Notes under the pieces: model-generated | The model's input: the letters and a program-made list of their open reading frames with translations, nothing else | Told to the model about the DNA's origin: nothing | Databases searched by the model: none | Program-made: the position numbers and the translations under genes | Shown here: positions 36,003-52,957 of the stretch, one piece after another | Numbering within the stretch: position 1 is the stretch's first letter | How the letters are laid out: every line of letters starts with the position of its first letter | NCBI GenBank assembly: GCA_038496445.1 | Contig: JALMLS010000204.1 | Span: forward strand, 62,001-126,000 | Length of the DNA stretch: 64,000 bases | DNA from: Trichosphaerium sp. ATCC 40318 | Taxonomy: Eukaryota; Protista; Tubulinea | Direction: 5' to 3'

Positions 36003-37496
36003 TCATTGCCTAAACTGCTGTTGCAATTGCTTTAAACGTTGCTGTTCGTGCTCGATCTGTTGTCGCTTTAGACGTGCTCTCTCCCTATTTCTCTCTATTA
36101 CAACTAGATCTTCAGGCGATAGACCCTTTAAGTCATTGTTTCTACGTTTTTGTTCATGTTCCACTTCTGGAGGCCAAACCAACCAGCTTCTGTAATAAAA
36201 CATAAGATTTAACCGCAAATACAGCTTGTGACGCACGTAGGATCAGTTTCCTTCATTAGATAAAAGATGGGTACAAGAGCTATTGACATAAAGTCTCTAA
36301 TAGGTCTATCACACAAAGGCGTCCAAAGTTTTGTTTGTTTATCCCAATACCACATTCCGTATGCTTTGCAATCTTTTGAAACAAGAGTAGTATGTTGATT
36401 AGATAATAGCCAAGGTTTCAGTTTCTCTGGAGTTGGGTTCCTGTATTTTACTATGGTAGGCCTCGCTGGAATGTTTTCCCAGCTACCATCTGGACCAGTC
36501 TGCTCTAAAATACCCTGAAGACAAAAAAGATTAGTGACAAATTTGTTGAAAACTTTCCAAAAAAAATACAACGCACGTGGTAGGCGAATGTGACAACTGG
36601 TGAGAGATTCACTTGCTCTTCTTGAGAATATAATACTTGCTGTGGGGATGCAACAGGTGATGATCCTGCTGAAGGAAGTCGTAAATCAGATGGAGAAGAA
36701 CAAGGAGTACTGAGCGTGAAAGATTGTGTTGGGTTTGGTTGTGAGGGTGTTGAATTAAGTGGTTCTTGGAATACTGCTCCGAATTGAGAGGATTGAGTAG
36801 GAGGCGTTGCTGGACTGAAATATTCACAAGGGTCATATGGTTTACAAGGTGACTGGCTTGCGTGTGTTGTTGAGTGAGTTGCAATAAAGTTTGACGAAGG
36901 AGAAAAATTTTGGCTTCGTTCGATACTGATGTTAGAGAATATCCCATGCGATTGAAAGTTCAGCTGAGGGCTATTAGATGTACTAGCACCAACTGGAGAA
37001 AAGTCAGACTATAATTGAGATGCAGACTTTCGAGGAAGTGAAGGAGAAATCTAAAGTTTCTTGGTAACTTCAGTTTTTGGGTTTTTTGTCGTTTTATTAA
37101 CGCGGGAAACATCAATGTACGTACACACGTTGTTCTGGTTGAATGAGTGTGAGCCAGATTTAAATAATAGGCTGTTTGAGGATTCCTGTTGGCTAGTTAC
37201 AAACAAATCCTTTGCAGAGTCGCTAAGACATGAGGCGCTAGCGTCTGGTGTCCGTAGAGATGATCGTTTGGCTGGTGTATAGTCATCAACGCCAATTTGG
37301 CTAAATAACGTCAACAACCGAAAATAACGTTGTGTGTTAACCTCAGCTCGCAACTAGTTTCGAATATCACAGCTTCAAGCTCACTTCCATCGCCCTGGCC
37401 AATGTCTGTATTATCGAAAAGCTCTCGCTGACTCTCGCTGCAAAAAGAGCCTTCTGTACTACTTGACCTTACTGAACACCCTGATGATTGCGACAT
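36003..37496 (-). CDS. Hypothetical Ser/Pro-rich protein with C-terminal coiled coil, multi-exon
   Basis: MSQSSGCSV start; exons linked by short introns; ERNRERARLKRQQIEHEQQRL. Confidence 0.5.
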
Positions 37497-37690
37497 GGCA
37501 TTTTAAATAACTGTACATTTTTAAGTGCACGAATAAGTCAGAAAATGTGACAGAAAATACCTAATAGCGTGCTACGCGCGTAGACCTGATACGAGTTACT
37601 ATTACACATACTTTTTTGGTTTTTTCATGAAACAGTGCGGAACAATTTGCAAAAAAACAAGAATTAAAACAAATCTGTAGGATTTTTTAT

Positions 37691-38384
37691 TTACCACATC
37701 CAAAGTTAATATCAATGGTATATGGCAAGTCGAGAGACTTTACAAGTGTGATAATATTCCAGTAGTTTTGTCCAAAATCGCAGTACGCTCCAGAGATTTG
37801 GGAGATAGAGAACGCGTCAGCACGTGTGCCAACCTTGTCTTCAATTGGATATAATGCGATATTAATTGTATCTTAAAGGTAGTGTAAGAGTACTGTACTG
37901 CTTCATGTAAGCGTTTGTACCGTGGTAAGGAACTGGTTCAGTAGTGTGCCATACTTGTCCAAGAGTCAGAACGCCAGTGGAGAGGTTATAAGGCACAAGG
38001 TCAATGAACCCTTTTACAAATAGATCAGTACGAAGTACATCCGCTGTTGCGTACCTAGGCCACCGCCATCTTTTTGAGCAGTAGTTTGAAGCGCATAACT
38101 ACATGGCAGGTTAATTACAGCTGGCAAATTCCAAAAAAGTTACCGTGTATCTGGTCCTCCAGTGGCAAGCGATTTTCTAATGGCAGCAACAACTTCGGCT
38201 GCTGTAGATTTCATAAATATTACTGTAGTGCTACAGCAAGCTAATAACACGTGAGTCTGTATGTTCCATGCATTAGTCATGCTAAAACGTACGTTCCACA
38301 ATCTACATTTTCGCAGTCCTTTTGCCCTTCTTTACAACAAAGAGCACACGCAACAACACTCAAAATCAAGACAAGCTTCAACAT
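37691..38384 (-). CDS. Small secreted protein, multi-exon
   Basis: Signal peptide MLKLVLILSVVACSLC; C-terminal AFSISQISGAYCDFGQNYWNI...FGCGK. Confidence 0.6.
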
Positions 38385-38665
38385 TATGGTTACTTTCGCA
38401 AAACTGAAAATTGTCGGAAGCTCATTCAACAATTCGTTCTTACCAAAACAAATTGTGTCCGAGGGTACTTAACCAAATAAAGAAGGTGAGTCTCTTCAAA
38501 CTGTTCAACCCATTATTTATCTCTACAAGAGCACCCAACTAGAACATTAAAGTAAGGCCATTGACGATTTTCTTTGGGGTTCTGTCAGATACTATTCTTT
38601 GGGGTTATGGAATACTTAACGAGATCTTTTGTGTTACAAAAAAAATTGTTTTTATTTTACATTTA

Positions 38666-40986
38666 CTAACTTTCCGAATCGTCTCCGTCTCCTCTTGGAG
38701 ATCCAATGGATCCTTCTGATCCTTCCAACCCTTCTTCTCCAGTTTCAGCAGTCAATTCTATAAACGTGAGGAGGTCCTTGTGACCTACAAAACAAAAGGG
38801 TTAACAAACCTAACTAAAGCAAAAAACGAACCTGCTGCAACTTGTTTGACTTTTTCAGTTGATGAGAGATTGTAAATATGAGATACATTATTCGTTAACT
38901 AACAAACCGTGTAAATATTCATCAAAAAAGCAAACCTAGCTCCTGAAAAAACAGGAAAAAAAAAAGATCCAAAAAAAACTGCGAAAAAACTAAGAACGTA
39001 CTCTTGCAGTTTGTGCGCGTTGTTCAAGGTCCGTTCTGAAGAAAAAATAAAATATTAGTATGCAAATAATAACAAACAAGAGTCAGTACGTTGGTCCATT
39101 ATCATCCATATGTTCAGTCGTCCAAAACTTTGGTGCTAGATGCTGGGACGTAACACGACCACCAACACAAGTCACTTGATATTCTCTTCCATCTTTAAAT
39201 AAAATACCACATCCTTTATGATCACTCCATCGACCGACAATCTTAGAACCATCTGGAAGAGTAACCTCCTAACAACAAGTCAAAACCAAAAAAAAAAAAA
39301 AAAAGAAAATCATTTATCCAAAAAGCAGGCTAGTTGTTCGAACAACGTACTCCGAGACCGTGACATTTACATGCTGATACGTTACCAACGTATACACTAC
39401 CATCAGCGAATTTATAAGTACCATTACCTTCAATCATACCATTCTCCCATTGACCAGTATAACTCTGTCCTGTCCACCTTGATTTTTCGCCACAAGTAAT
39501 AGTACCAATACCATGTCTCTTACCATAACGAAATTCACCTTCATAAACACTTCCAGAAGTATAAATCATAATACCCTTACCATGACACTCACTATTCTGC
39601 CATTGACCCTTATACTGTCTACCATCAGCCCAAGTCTTTTCACCATAACCATGTCTTGTATTATTATAATATTCTCCTGTATAAGTGCTATTATCTTTCC
39701 AAATGTAAACACCTTTTCCATTTATCATATCATCCTTCCACATGCCATCATAATAGTGTCCCGCATATTTTGACTTTTCTCCCCATTTCTTTATTCCTTT
39801 ACCATCTCTCTTACCATTAACGAATTGACCAGTATATGTGCTTCCGTTTAACCACTTAAACGTTCCTAACCCATGACACTTGTTATTTTCCCAATTCCCT
39901 TCGTATACTCGTCCGTTTGCCCAGTGTTTTACACCGTATCCGCTTCTATTACCATTAGCGTAGTTACCTTCATAATACGCTCCGTCAGGCCATGTGTAAC
40001 GCCCGTAACCATGAACCTTACTCGCTTTCCATTCTCCGGCATAGAACTCGCCGTTAGCCCAAGTTTTTTCGCCGTAACCTTCACGACAACCACGCACGTA
40101 GTTGCCGACATAAGTGCTTCCGTCGGCCCATGTATACGTCCCTCTTCCGTGTCTTATGCCTTCACAACAATATCCAGTGAATCTGTCAAGAGCATACCTG
40201 AAAACAAAGAAGAAATGAGAAAATGGTACAAACTTTTTTTTGCTTTTCGAATATTCTCACCTTGACTTTTTACCCCACGTTTTTGTTCCCTTATTATGTT
40301 GTTTTCCGTTTATCCACATACCAGTGTATATAGTTCCCGAAGGCCATACACAAACACCAAACCCATGAGGTATACCACTAACGTGGTCACCAGTGTATAA
40401 ACCGCTGTTGAACCGTATATTTTTAATGTACTTAGGAATTGGAATAGGCCTAATAAAGTTAGAAAATACGTAAATAACAAACCGTAAAATCACGAAAAGT
40501 ACAAAAAAAAAATACAAACTCAGAAAATGAATCCGCGTAGTGTAAGTAGCGAGTATTGTCACTACGCGGATTCAAGCAACTACGAAGTTTTGTTATTAAC
40601 TCCCTGAAAAAGGATAGAGCCTCCATTTTTTTTGAAGCGTTTTTACGCGTGTAGTGAAAATGTGATGTTTGGTTTACATACTAAAAATGTACATTTGATT
40701 ATATTCTCAGGATAAGTTGTTTTATTAAAGAAAGAATAAATTGCGTTGGTTTTAACGTTTTTGTAGTTTGTAAACAAATAAAAATTCGTTCTTACCTTAT
40801 TAAATACCAACACAGCTTACATGTAGTTCTCACGCCTAATAACGCGCTTTTATACCCATCTAGGTTACGTACGATCATTTCTAACATTTCCGGCGGAAGT
40901 CGGCCTAAATGAGACTCTGCGAGCGCGTTTTCATCTTCTAGGGTGACAGAACCATCGTGAAGTGTATTACCAAGGACTAGATTCAT
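38666..40986 (-). CDS. F-box + canonical MORN repeat protein, multi-exon
   Basis: LGRLPPEMLEMIVRNL F-box; many YxGxWxxxxxHGxGxxxW MORN repeats. Confidence 0.85.
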
Positions 40987-41620
40987 CTCGGCGAATTTAC
41001 CTTTCGCTGTTACGTGTTACTCCCAACCGAGAGCACGCCAGGTGGTTTGTTCCGTGTATTTAAAAAAAAAGTAATCACTTTCTAACTTAACGCGAGTTAT
41101 TACGCAAGAATTGTACTTCCGTAACACCCAGTGCTAAGCAGCGGATTCTCATATCTTATTCTAGTGCAGCAAATTGTACAGAATTTAAAACACACTTTGT
41201 TGTAGCTATCCTATCACGTGGTTGTTAGAATTTCTTTTTTAAGATCTCGCGAGGTTTTAATCACAATACTTCACAAATTCCTTTCTAGACCAAGGTTCGA
41301 GAAGTACTACATGAGTGATAGAATGTCGTCTCAGCTTATCAGGTGAGGCATGGCGAGTGAGACTGCACAAGGTTGAAAACCCATAACACGTGAAAAACTA
41401 GCTTGGCACTGAATACTAGAAATGACGTAACAAATACAACCTAAACCTTACCCTTCTGTTCTATTGACTACTGCGGATACTATCACTGCAATGTACTTAC
41501 ATTTGAGAAGCGCAAAATATTGCTTAGACACAAATGACGCTTAGACTCAATCAAGTTTAAGTGATACCTGATCAACAGCTTCGCGCCTTTTCATTCAAAC
41601 CAACAAGGCGAAACGTCGCA

Positions 41621-42151
41621 ATGAAGTGTTTAAAAAAGCTTGTTTCAAGCATGACAAAACATTTTGGACAACAATCACCACGCATCAACCGACACTACAA
41701 GCAAATGCCAAAAAAAGCAGAACCTCCCAAACGACGCTCATCTGTATGCCTTGGAGCACTCTCACAACCTCGTAAAATTCAAGAGCAACTCCTAAATACA
41801 GAAAACCAATTTAAATACTCTAAAAAGCTCAATAGAGCTTCAAGCGACAGAATGCTGCGACAAGATGGTAACAATCCTAAAAAAGAATACAACGGAGTTG
41901 CAAATTTTTCGTTTACCCCAAAAAGTTCCGTTTGCAGCCCTACGTCATCAATTGGCGATGTATCAACGCAAAAGGATCATATTGCTGCAATTGCTTTCGA
42001 TCAATCCGAGAATAGTTACGAAAGTAGTTCAAACCCACCAATTATCGCCTTCGTTACTGAAGTGCCTCACGAAGAAACAAACGTGCGTATGGATACACAC
42101 TTGTCGAGGTTCACACGTGCACGTATGCACAGAAGAATGATCACAACATAG
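41621..42151 (+). CDS. Hypothetical low-complexity protein
   Basis: Single uninterrupted ORF, first ATG at 41621. Confidence 0.45.
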   Translation: MKCLKKLVSSMTKHFGQQSPRINRHYKQMPKKAEPPKRRSSVCLGALSQPRKIQEQLLNTENQFKYSKKLNRASSDRMLRQDGNNPKKEYNGVANFSFTPKSSVCSPTSSIGDVSTQKDHIAAIAFDQSENSYESSSNPPIIAFVTEVPHEETNVRMDTHLSRFTRARMHRRMITT

Positions 42152-42369
42152 AAGAACGTCACACTACACTTGCAAGTACAGAGTCAGTATGTAGAAGTGT
42201 CAACAATCAAAAAAGAAAAAACTTGTGTATTCTCTAGCAAATAATAAATTATCTCCTTACGAAGTTATGCATTCAAGGATTTACTTACTATTACATTTTA
42301 TTTTTTAACACATGACTCTTTGAAAGGCCAACAAAGGATTAAAAAAAGCATTACAATTAAAGCAAACTA

Positions 42370-43928
42370 TACTTGTTTTCCGCCAAATTGTTTTTTGAAC
42401 AAAAAAACCAGAATACGCAGTATTGTTCGTTGTAATCACTGTATGTGACTCTTCTTAGGTACTATATATAAATAGCACTAAGGTGTACTATGTTGGCAAC
42501 GTATAGGAATCACTCTAAGGAAAAAGTAAGAAAATGACTGAAAACGAAGGAAATGGTTTTGTTTCGCTTACCGTCTTCAGTGATGCCGAAAGGATTGTCA
42601 TTAATGGAGAGCTGGCTTGTCTTTAAGACAATGTCTCCTGGTAATTCACCTGAGAGTTCTAGCTTCTTTGGTTTGACATCTTCTGCTGTCTCTTTTGCAT
42701 CTTCCGTTTCTTTTGCAGCTTCTGCCTTGTTATTATCAGGCTCGTCATCGTCAGTAGTAAATTCGATTGCACGAGGTAAAGCTGCTGGAACTTTCTTAGA
42801 AGCAACCATAGGGCTACATAGGCGTCCATTTGCGTCAGTAATTCTAAATCTACGCTCAGGAGTTGCTTTAATATCATCAATACTATCCTCCTCAGTGCGA
42901 GTAAAAGAAAAGCTGTCCTCTATAAAAATTGTTAACTACAGACCTACCAATTACAAAGCGTCTTACCTTCATCAGTAGTGAGCATACTTTCGCTGAATGA
43001 ACCAGTATCAGAATCGGCGCAAGACATACTCCAGATGTCTCCTTCACCTCCTCGTGAACCAGGAGTGATAACAGGGAATCCTTCGCCTTGTCTAATAGTA
43101 TTTAAGTAAGGACATTCGCGCCAGCGTTAAAAAAAGAAAGATTCACTGTACCCAATTGATTTTGGCCTGTTTTCGTCTCTGGCTTGATTTATCACTTCAA
43201 TCCACTCTCTGGCTACTTCAAGGCTCTCTGCGCATAGAAGAAAGTCGCGTGTGTCTGTTAACAGTTGGAAAATGCAGTTTCCGTTTGTCTGACCGAAATG
43301 TAAGCAAAAAATAGGTGTACCGAAAAAGCCAAGTAATAAGCATAAACAATTATCTAGTACGTACGCTTAGTACAGTTTTAATATTAGCTGCAACAATTCT
43401 AGCGTTAGGAATACTTCCACGCATTACTGTGTCCTTTCGGTCTCTTGATCGAGAGTATTTGTAGTAGCATACTGCGCGGTTGGTGACTTGAAACCAACGA
43501 ATGTTCCATTTTTTAATCCATTCGCTCTTTAGCTTCAATGGACCTTCTTTTACAATCCTAATTGGTTTGCTGCGCGCACCAATACTCCTAACAGTTGCGT
43601 AAGGTTTTAAATTAGAGTGAAAAACGGTTTGCTGGACTAAGATACGGCGCACTGCGAGCGTATAGAGTACGCCAGAGTATTTGGGAGTGACAAATGAGAA
43701 AAACTAGGAAACTACAGTTCCGGTACTCAACGCGCTCACAGTGGCCGCGAATACGTCTCGGGAAGTAACCAGTAAAAGAAAGTGTTAACAAAACTTACCC
43801 TTTTCTTACTACACCACTTGATAATCGTCTACCATTGCGTTAGTATAACATAAACAAAGCGTTCGTGTTTGAAGAAGTCTTGTACTTCAACTTCCATAAC
43901 ATAGGTAAAATACTAACCTTCCGTGCAT
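42370..43928 (-). CDS. PH-domain protein, multi-exon
   Basis: IVKEGPLKLKSEWIKKWNIRWFQV...RGSI...FQLLTDTRDFLLCAESLEVAREWIEVI; both ends approximate. Confidence 0.75.
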
Positions 43929-44095
43929 TGTTGAGATGTTACAGAGTTGTATCGGAGTGAGTACAGATCGAAAAGGCTTAAATTGTACCGATTAAGCAAG
44001 CCATCAAAAAATCGTCAAAGCAAAACTTGATAGTGATGTAAAACTTTTTATTATTATCTACAGCTGCCCAATTGCGGAAAAATAGTACTTTGGTT

Positions 44096-46721
<2,626 letters not shown>

Positions 46722-47952
46722 CGTCAGTGGACGTGGAAGCCAATCTATGAATAAAAAAAATAAACGACTTAGACACAGCTTGTTAAGGAACCACTAATTT
46801 GGTCTTAGACGCTACATCAGAACTGTTTAGCGTGCAAATAGTTGTCCTAGTAGACTAGGTACGAATACTGTTTCCTATGAAGTGCACGTGACTTTTCTTT
46901 GTTTTACACCAAGCGTCATGCATGTAGTTTTGATAAGTCGCTGTCTATTGTCGTACCAGTGTATTGTCTGGTACCTTTGAGGGTCTAAAACTTCGTACTT
47001 TCAAAGTCAAGCTGTTTATTTTTAACTTATCTGAAAGTACATCTGGTTGAGGTCACGACCCGAAAACAACGCTGCATGCAGAAGCTATTAAAGCCATCAT
47101 CTAGGAATGCCTTCAGAGGTCCGATATGAAGGGCATGGTATTAACGTAGCGTAAATCTCGTGGTAAGGATTTACATCAAAAAATAGATTTAAACCTAAGT
47201 ACAGTTAGGTATAATACTCTGTGCGGATGAGAAGGAGAAAAAATGTAAGTACGGAAGAATTGAAGGTACTAAACGACCTCCCGAAAACAAACGTAAACAT
47301 AACATCTATAGAGATTCCACAAGTTACAAGATGAAAGTCAGCAAAGGTTTAACTTGTCAATTCAAATAGGCACGCTACTTTTTTCAAAACAATGCAACCA
47401 AGGGCTCGCTTTAACATTGTCTAATGTTGAAGCTTGCTGTACAAAGCCCGTTGAGTATTCTTTGGGTGCTGTTATGTAAACAGCTTTGTATATCGTTGCG
47501 TTAGTGTGGTATTGTTCGAGCTTTCTTGGTACACCAAAAGTAACATAAAATTCGGCTACGGAAAGTCGACCGTAATTTAGTTATTTGGTGCTATTGCAGG
47601 GCAAACCGACCTTAGAAGAACGTAGTTAGAGCAAAGCATCTGCGGGTGGAACGTTCGTAGCAACAACAGTACCGGATAGCACGACCACAACAGCTTGATC
47701 TAATTTTTTGAAGAAATTGCTTGTGCCATCTCCTGACAGTGTTTAGAAGCTTTTGTAACATCGTGCCAGATGCAACCTTCGTTGTAGAAAACATACGAGG
47801 AGTTTTTGCGAACGGAGCAAACCGTTATGTCAAGCAATGTATACGTTAAACATTCTATTGTCAGAACAACTTTTTCATTGTACCAACAGCTTGTACATCA
47901 ATAAACGACGGAGTCGTAGTACAATTCTTGTGTATCTGTACTTTTTGTTTTG

Positions 47953-48169
47953 GGAATTGACCCGGATTATCGACAAAAAAGATTAATGATAATCACGTTT
48001 TCAGTTCGTCGTTAGTCATAACCTGAACAATTTCTATGCCTCAATAATTGATAAAGTGGATGCCATGGCGAATCAAATATTTGTTGTTTTTACAATGTTC
48101 TCATAGTGATTAGAAAATTAGGCATAAAAATGAGAACGATACTTTTTTGTAGATAATCCGGTCAATTCC
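47953..48169. mobile_element. MITE (~217 bp), PIF/Harbinger-like ends
   Basis: ~29-bp imperfect TIR GGAATTGACC(C)GGATTATC(G/T)ACAAAAAAG; TTG on both flanks (47950-47952, 48170-48172). Confidence 0.7.
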
Positions 48170-48364
48170 TTGCGGATTCTAAAATGTTCACAAGATAACT
48201 CACCCGCATGAAAGAATGAAAACATGCTGGATGGCTTCAAAACTGGTAATGGAAGGCTAGTTTTGTAGGAAAAAAACAGGAATAGTATTTGATACAAAGT
48301 CACGAATTAGTAACTTGAAGTGAAAGGTGAAAAGCTCTCACTCACTGAGTGAAAGGTTGCATAT

Positions 48365-50761
48365 TTATTCAACAAAAGGACCCCAGTATCCGTTATACTT
48401 GCCAAGAGCATCTTCACATGCTTTTGGTGATACCTTACCTCTGCGAGGGCTAAATACTGATGCTTGAGCTGTTTTTAGGTGGGTATGCATTTCAGCAAGT
48501 ACTGCAGGTTCCTGACTTGCCAGATTAACGTGTTCAGTTGGATCTTTAAAACAAGTCAGTCAAAATTGATACTTGAACGAATTGTCGTTTACCATTCTTA
48601 ATATTGAAGAGGCAACCGCCGGTTCCACATGGCAGATGGTGGGCTTCTGATTGCCAGTCTGTAGTAATGTTAGGGTACTGTGGACCCGTCCAAGAATCTT
48701 GACTTATTGCACCAACAAGGAGCTATAAAATTTAGTTCATTACTTTACTAAAGTAACTGTTACCTTCCATTCTCCAACTATTATGCCGTTAACTATTGTA
48801 GGTGTCATACTACCAACATGCGAGGGAGGATCTGGACTTCCCAGGGGAATTATATTACGTGGACTTGTCGTAGTTTGTCCGGATAAAAGAGGCCACATGT
48901 TGAAGGAGTCGATTGGAGGTAATTTTGCTATACAAAGCTTAGAAAAGACTAATGACTTACTGTTACAGTTACCTTTAGCAGCTTTTTCATCCGTAGGATC
49001 AACACCTGCTATAGCACAGAATGTAGCGTACCAATCCCATCCACATATGTATCCTTCTTCCTTAGTTCCTCTTCGTTCTTTTGGAATCTACTTTGTTTAA
49101 ACAATAGTACAGAATCTCGCGAATTTGATTTTGTATGCGTACTAGACCTCCAGATACAAAGGCGTTGACTCTTACGCCTCCTTCAAAATTACTCAACTTT
49201 CCTCCTCTGAGTGGCCAATTATTACCTCCAGCAGAACCTTACAAGGTGTTAAAATCAAGCTAGAAATAAAGACCATTTTGTTGTTTTTACCATTGTTATA
49301 GATTGGTCCTCCGTTATCTGATGACATTACAATCAATGTATCTTCAAACATTCCTTTTTCTTTTAGCTTATCTACTATCATACCAATACGGGAATCAATA
49401 AAGTTTACCATAGCCTGTTTAAATGTCACAATACGAAACTACAGGGAAGAGAAAGATCGCGCACGTGGTACATTTGTCTTGGTTTTTTGTCGATAAACGA
49501 GAACTTGTCGACGTACTCTTGAGGTACCTTTGAGTATATTGGTGAATAAGGGCATTCTTAAATCATGGTATCTTACCTGTAGAGGTTCGTGAATAGAGTG
49601 AGGTGCCCAGAATAGGAAGAGAGGGGTTGAAGGATCATGATTATCCACAACGTCAAAAACATATTGTTCAAATAACTGATCTTCGTAAACGCAATCGCTT
49701 GCTTGATTACTCTGACTGCATGTTTTTGGATTAGTAAGTGCACGTGCTGGCTCATCGGTATGCCACAAATCTACAATATCTTCGTTTGAACACCGACTAA
49801 TGTTATACCTGCAGTACCATTAGGAATAACACGTGTAACAAAGTTGCAAATATCTACTCAAAAAGCCGCCGACTCTTTTTTTTACACAAGAACGTACTTC
49901 CAGTAGTCGTTATCGTGGTGAAAGTAATGAAGACTTGTTTGATATCCTCTTCCACGAGGAGAATGATCAGGTGTTGCCTACATTGTAGAAGTTAAATTCA
50001 AAAGTTTGTACTTGTACGAAGCTATACCATGCCAGCGTCCCTAGGATCGTTTAACAGTTTGATACTTATGAACTATTCCGTACCATTTCCCCGCCATGTG
50101 AGTAGCATAACCGGCACTCTTCATCTTTTCAGCAATGCCCGTCATGTTCCTTGGAATGCCTTGAAAACCAGAAACAGGATCGGTAGCATTGTAGAAGGTT
50201 GGTGGGATATTTAACACATTGACGTGGATAGGATTTCTTCCTGATTGTATAGCAGAACGGGTTGGAGAGCAGTACTATGTCAATTGGTTTATCAAAAGCA
50301 AGAAGAAAAACATGTGCGCAAAAAAAAAGAAAAGCATCGGAAAAGTAGGGCGAAAAGTAACATACCTTGAACACGTAATGTCTATCTAATTCTATGCCTT
50401 CAGCAACTAATGCATCCATGTTAGGTGTCTGAACCTCTTTAGTGGGAGGGTCCCTATTAGTATGACGTTAGCGTTTGACATGATAAAGTGCTAGCTCGCT
50501 AGTAATAACAAATCTTTGTAAAAAACAGAAACTACGAAAAGTTGCCCAACGTTTGGTTTTGGAAAGGGTTTTTTGGAAAGGGTTTTTTGGAAAGGGTCAC
50601 AAGATAAAGTCCGTTTTGATAAAACACTGTACGTACCTGTGGTAACCAACATTGGCCCAACCGTAATCGTCTATTAAAATGAATACCACGTGTGGCTTTG
50701 GAGGCTTTTGCGCATAACTTGATAATACCAGTAGTGCTAATAGAACTAGTACGACACGCAT
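48365..50761 (-). CDS. Arylsulfatase (ARSB/I/J-like), secreted, multi-exon
   Basis: KPHVVFILIDDYGWANVG, CSPTRSAIQSGR (CxPxR), SSDNGGP, NNWPLRGGK, FEGGVRV. Confidence 0.9.
50557..50597. repeat. 14-bp tandem repeat x3 in sulfatase intron
   Basis: (TTTTTTGGAAAGGG) x ~3. Confidence 0.8.
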
Positions 50762-51413
50762 TTTTTTTTTGATTCCGCGATTGCTTGTGCTGTGTTCGAA
50801 AAGGTCAATTGATTTTCACGCTTAAGTCCAAGCTATTCAAAATCATTGGGTTTTATTTGCTGAATAACGGTAAGGTATATTGATCTACACATTTTCAAAT
50901 TATACTCACATGATAATCAATCTGGAGTTAGCGAAACGTTCTACAATAATTTTTACTGCTTAATATCAATCAAAAGCTAGGGATAAAAGTTCTATTTTTT
51001 TTAGTGATTGACCAGTTGGCACTTGAGGTGCAGTAGCACGCTGATTGATGCTTGATATACCCTCAAGTGTGTTCCTATGATTACATACTAGTTCTTATTA
51101 GACACAGCCTTGCTCTGGTAGCAAGGTTTGTCGTCAATCTACCTCACAGAATTAGGGGTAAACTATTCTACGTAATATTCCGCAACTTAAGGACATACAA
51201 TGTTAGGAATGTACGTACTGATTAGTGGTATTTATTTCTTGATGGGGATGCTCATATACACCGTTAACGTACTGTGCAAGGTAATGACATGTTGTTAATT
51301 ATCAAATACAGCATATAACAAAAAAATGTAGAGATCTAATGGCTCTATTCGCGGAAAGAAATGTAAGGCCTGAGTTACTTGGTGCAATAATGGATAATGG
51401 TAAAATTTACTAC

Positions 51414-51465
51414 TGGTACAACTTGCACTGAACACTGAGAATACACTGAAACAGAAAAGAATAAA
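51414..51465 (+). pseudogene. Relic of the 3' end of the FBXL gene (32175 region)
   Basis: TGGTACAACTTG...TGAACACTGAGAATACAC...AGAAAAGAA matches the reverse complement of ~32191-32242. Confidence 0.6.
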
Positions 51466-51661
51466 TTAAACAATATTGAGTAGATACTCTTGAAATCTCT
51501 TTGTTCCAGATATAATAGAATATCTACGCTTGATTTGAACCACAATTCTACTGCTGCAAAAGTCTCCGTTTAACTGGTATTGTCAGTTTCAGTCAAGCTA
51601 GGCATTAACATGTGATTTTTGAAATAAAGGAAATAAATTCTAAATCCTGACCACCCAAATC

Positions 51662-52957
51662 ATGAATTTCTATGGCGTTTCAATTGAGCAAGCGATTAAA
51701 TACTATAGTGAGAACCACAAAGAAGCTTACAATAACCTTGTTGTTGAACAACCTCAAATATTCGTAAAACACGTGAAAAGGATTCTAGATCTCAAATACG
51801 CGTCTTGTACAACAACTTGATGATTTTATTCTGAAATCAAAGGATACCATCGCTGATAGGACCACTAAAGCGACCAATGTAACTTCATCACAACGGCGTC
51901 TGAATTTTTCTTTCCCAAATCGCACAGTACGAAATGCCTAAACAGTGTTTGTTACTTACGGAAATTAAACAGGGCACTAGCAACAGCGCACAAAGAACAA
52001 ACAGATATTCTTGATCTCCCAGCCGAAGTAATTTCAAGCATTTTAAATCAAACACGTGGGATTTCAAGATTCGCTGTTGCTCAATCATGTCGTATGATGG
52101 CTGATATCATTCACGATATTGTTGGATAAGTGTCTCTCTTCAGCAAAAGATATTTTGAGGATTCGAGAGTACAACGGCATCAAGAAAAACAGTATGATAA
52201 GCCTGACACGCACACAGACACTGACCGCTCTTCTCAATGGCTGCCGCAAAGTTAGTTATCACGTACGCTTGATGTCACCCCAGCCGATATAGAAGCACTT
52301 GCAGGTGTTCATACAATTGATTTATCTGAGTGTCCACGTGTTAACAATAACCATATCAAAGCATTGAAAGGTGTTCATACTATAGATATTACTAGATGTA
52401 AACGAGTTACTGATGAAGGTATCAAAGCTTTGAAAGATGTTCATAGCATTTGCCTTTATGGAACTTTTGTTACAGATGAAGGCATTAAAGCGCTAAAAAA
52501 TGTTCATACAATCAACCTTGGTCGTACAAGCGTCACAGATGAGGGTGTCAGAGCATTAAGTGGAGTTCATACTATATTTCTTGAAGCTAATCCAGTGACA
52601 GATGAAGGTGTCAAAGCACTAAAAGATGTTCACAAAATTAGCCTTTTCAACTGTTGACTAGTTACTGATGAAGGCGTCAAAGCATTAAAAGATGTTCATA
52701 CTGTTTCACTACATTTTATTGATGTTACTGATGAAGGCGTCAAAGCACTAAAAGATGTCCATACTATTAATCTCAGAGGCTGTAAACATGTCACAGATGA
52801 AGGTATAGCAGGATTAACAGGTGTTCACATCATTAGCCTTGGCGGTATTGCAGTTACAGCAGAAGGTATCAGGGCTCTTGAAGATGCTAATACAAATTGC
52901 TCCATTCGCTTACTCCAATCATGTGAGGTATTCTGCTTGGCCTCAATACTAGACTAA
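51662..52957 (+). pseudogene. F-box + short LRR pseudogene, recent paralog of copy B
   Basis: Near-identical 5' end to 30805 (ATGAATTTCT..GGCGTTTCAATTGA); 2-bp deletion near 51790, further indels, in-frame TGA at 52655; 9 LRRs. Confidence 0.85.

Noticed and set aside
50557-50597. TTTTTTGGAAAGGG repeat as telomere or CRISPR-like array
   Set aside because: Only three units, no spacers, intronic minisatellite
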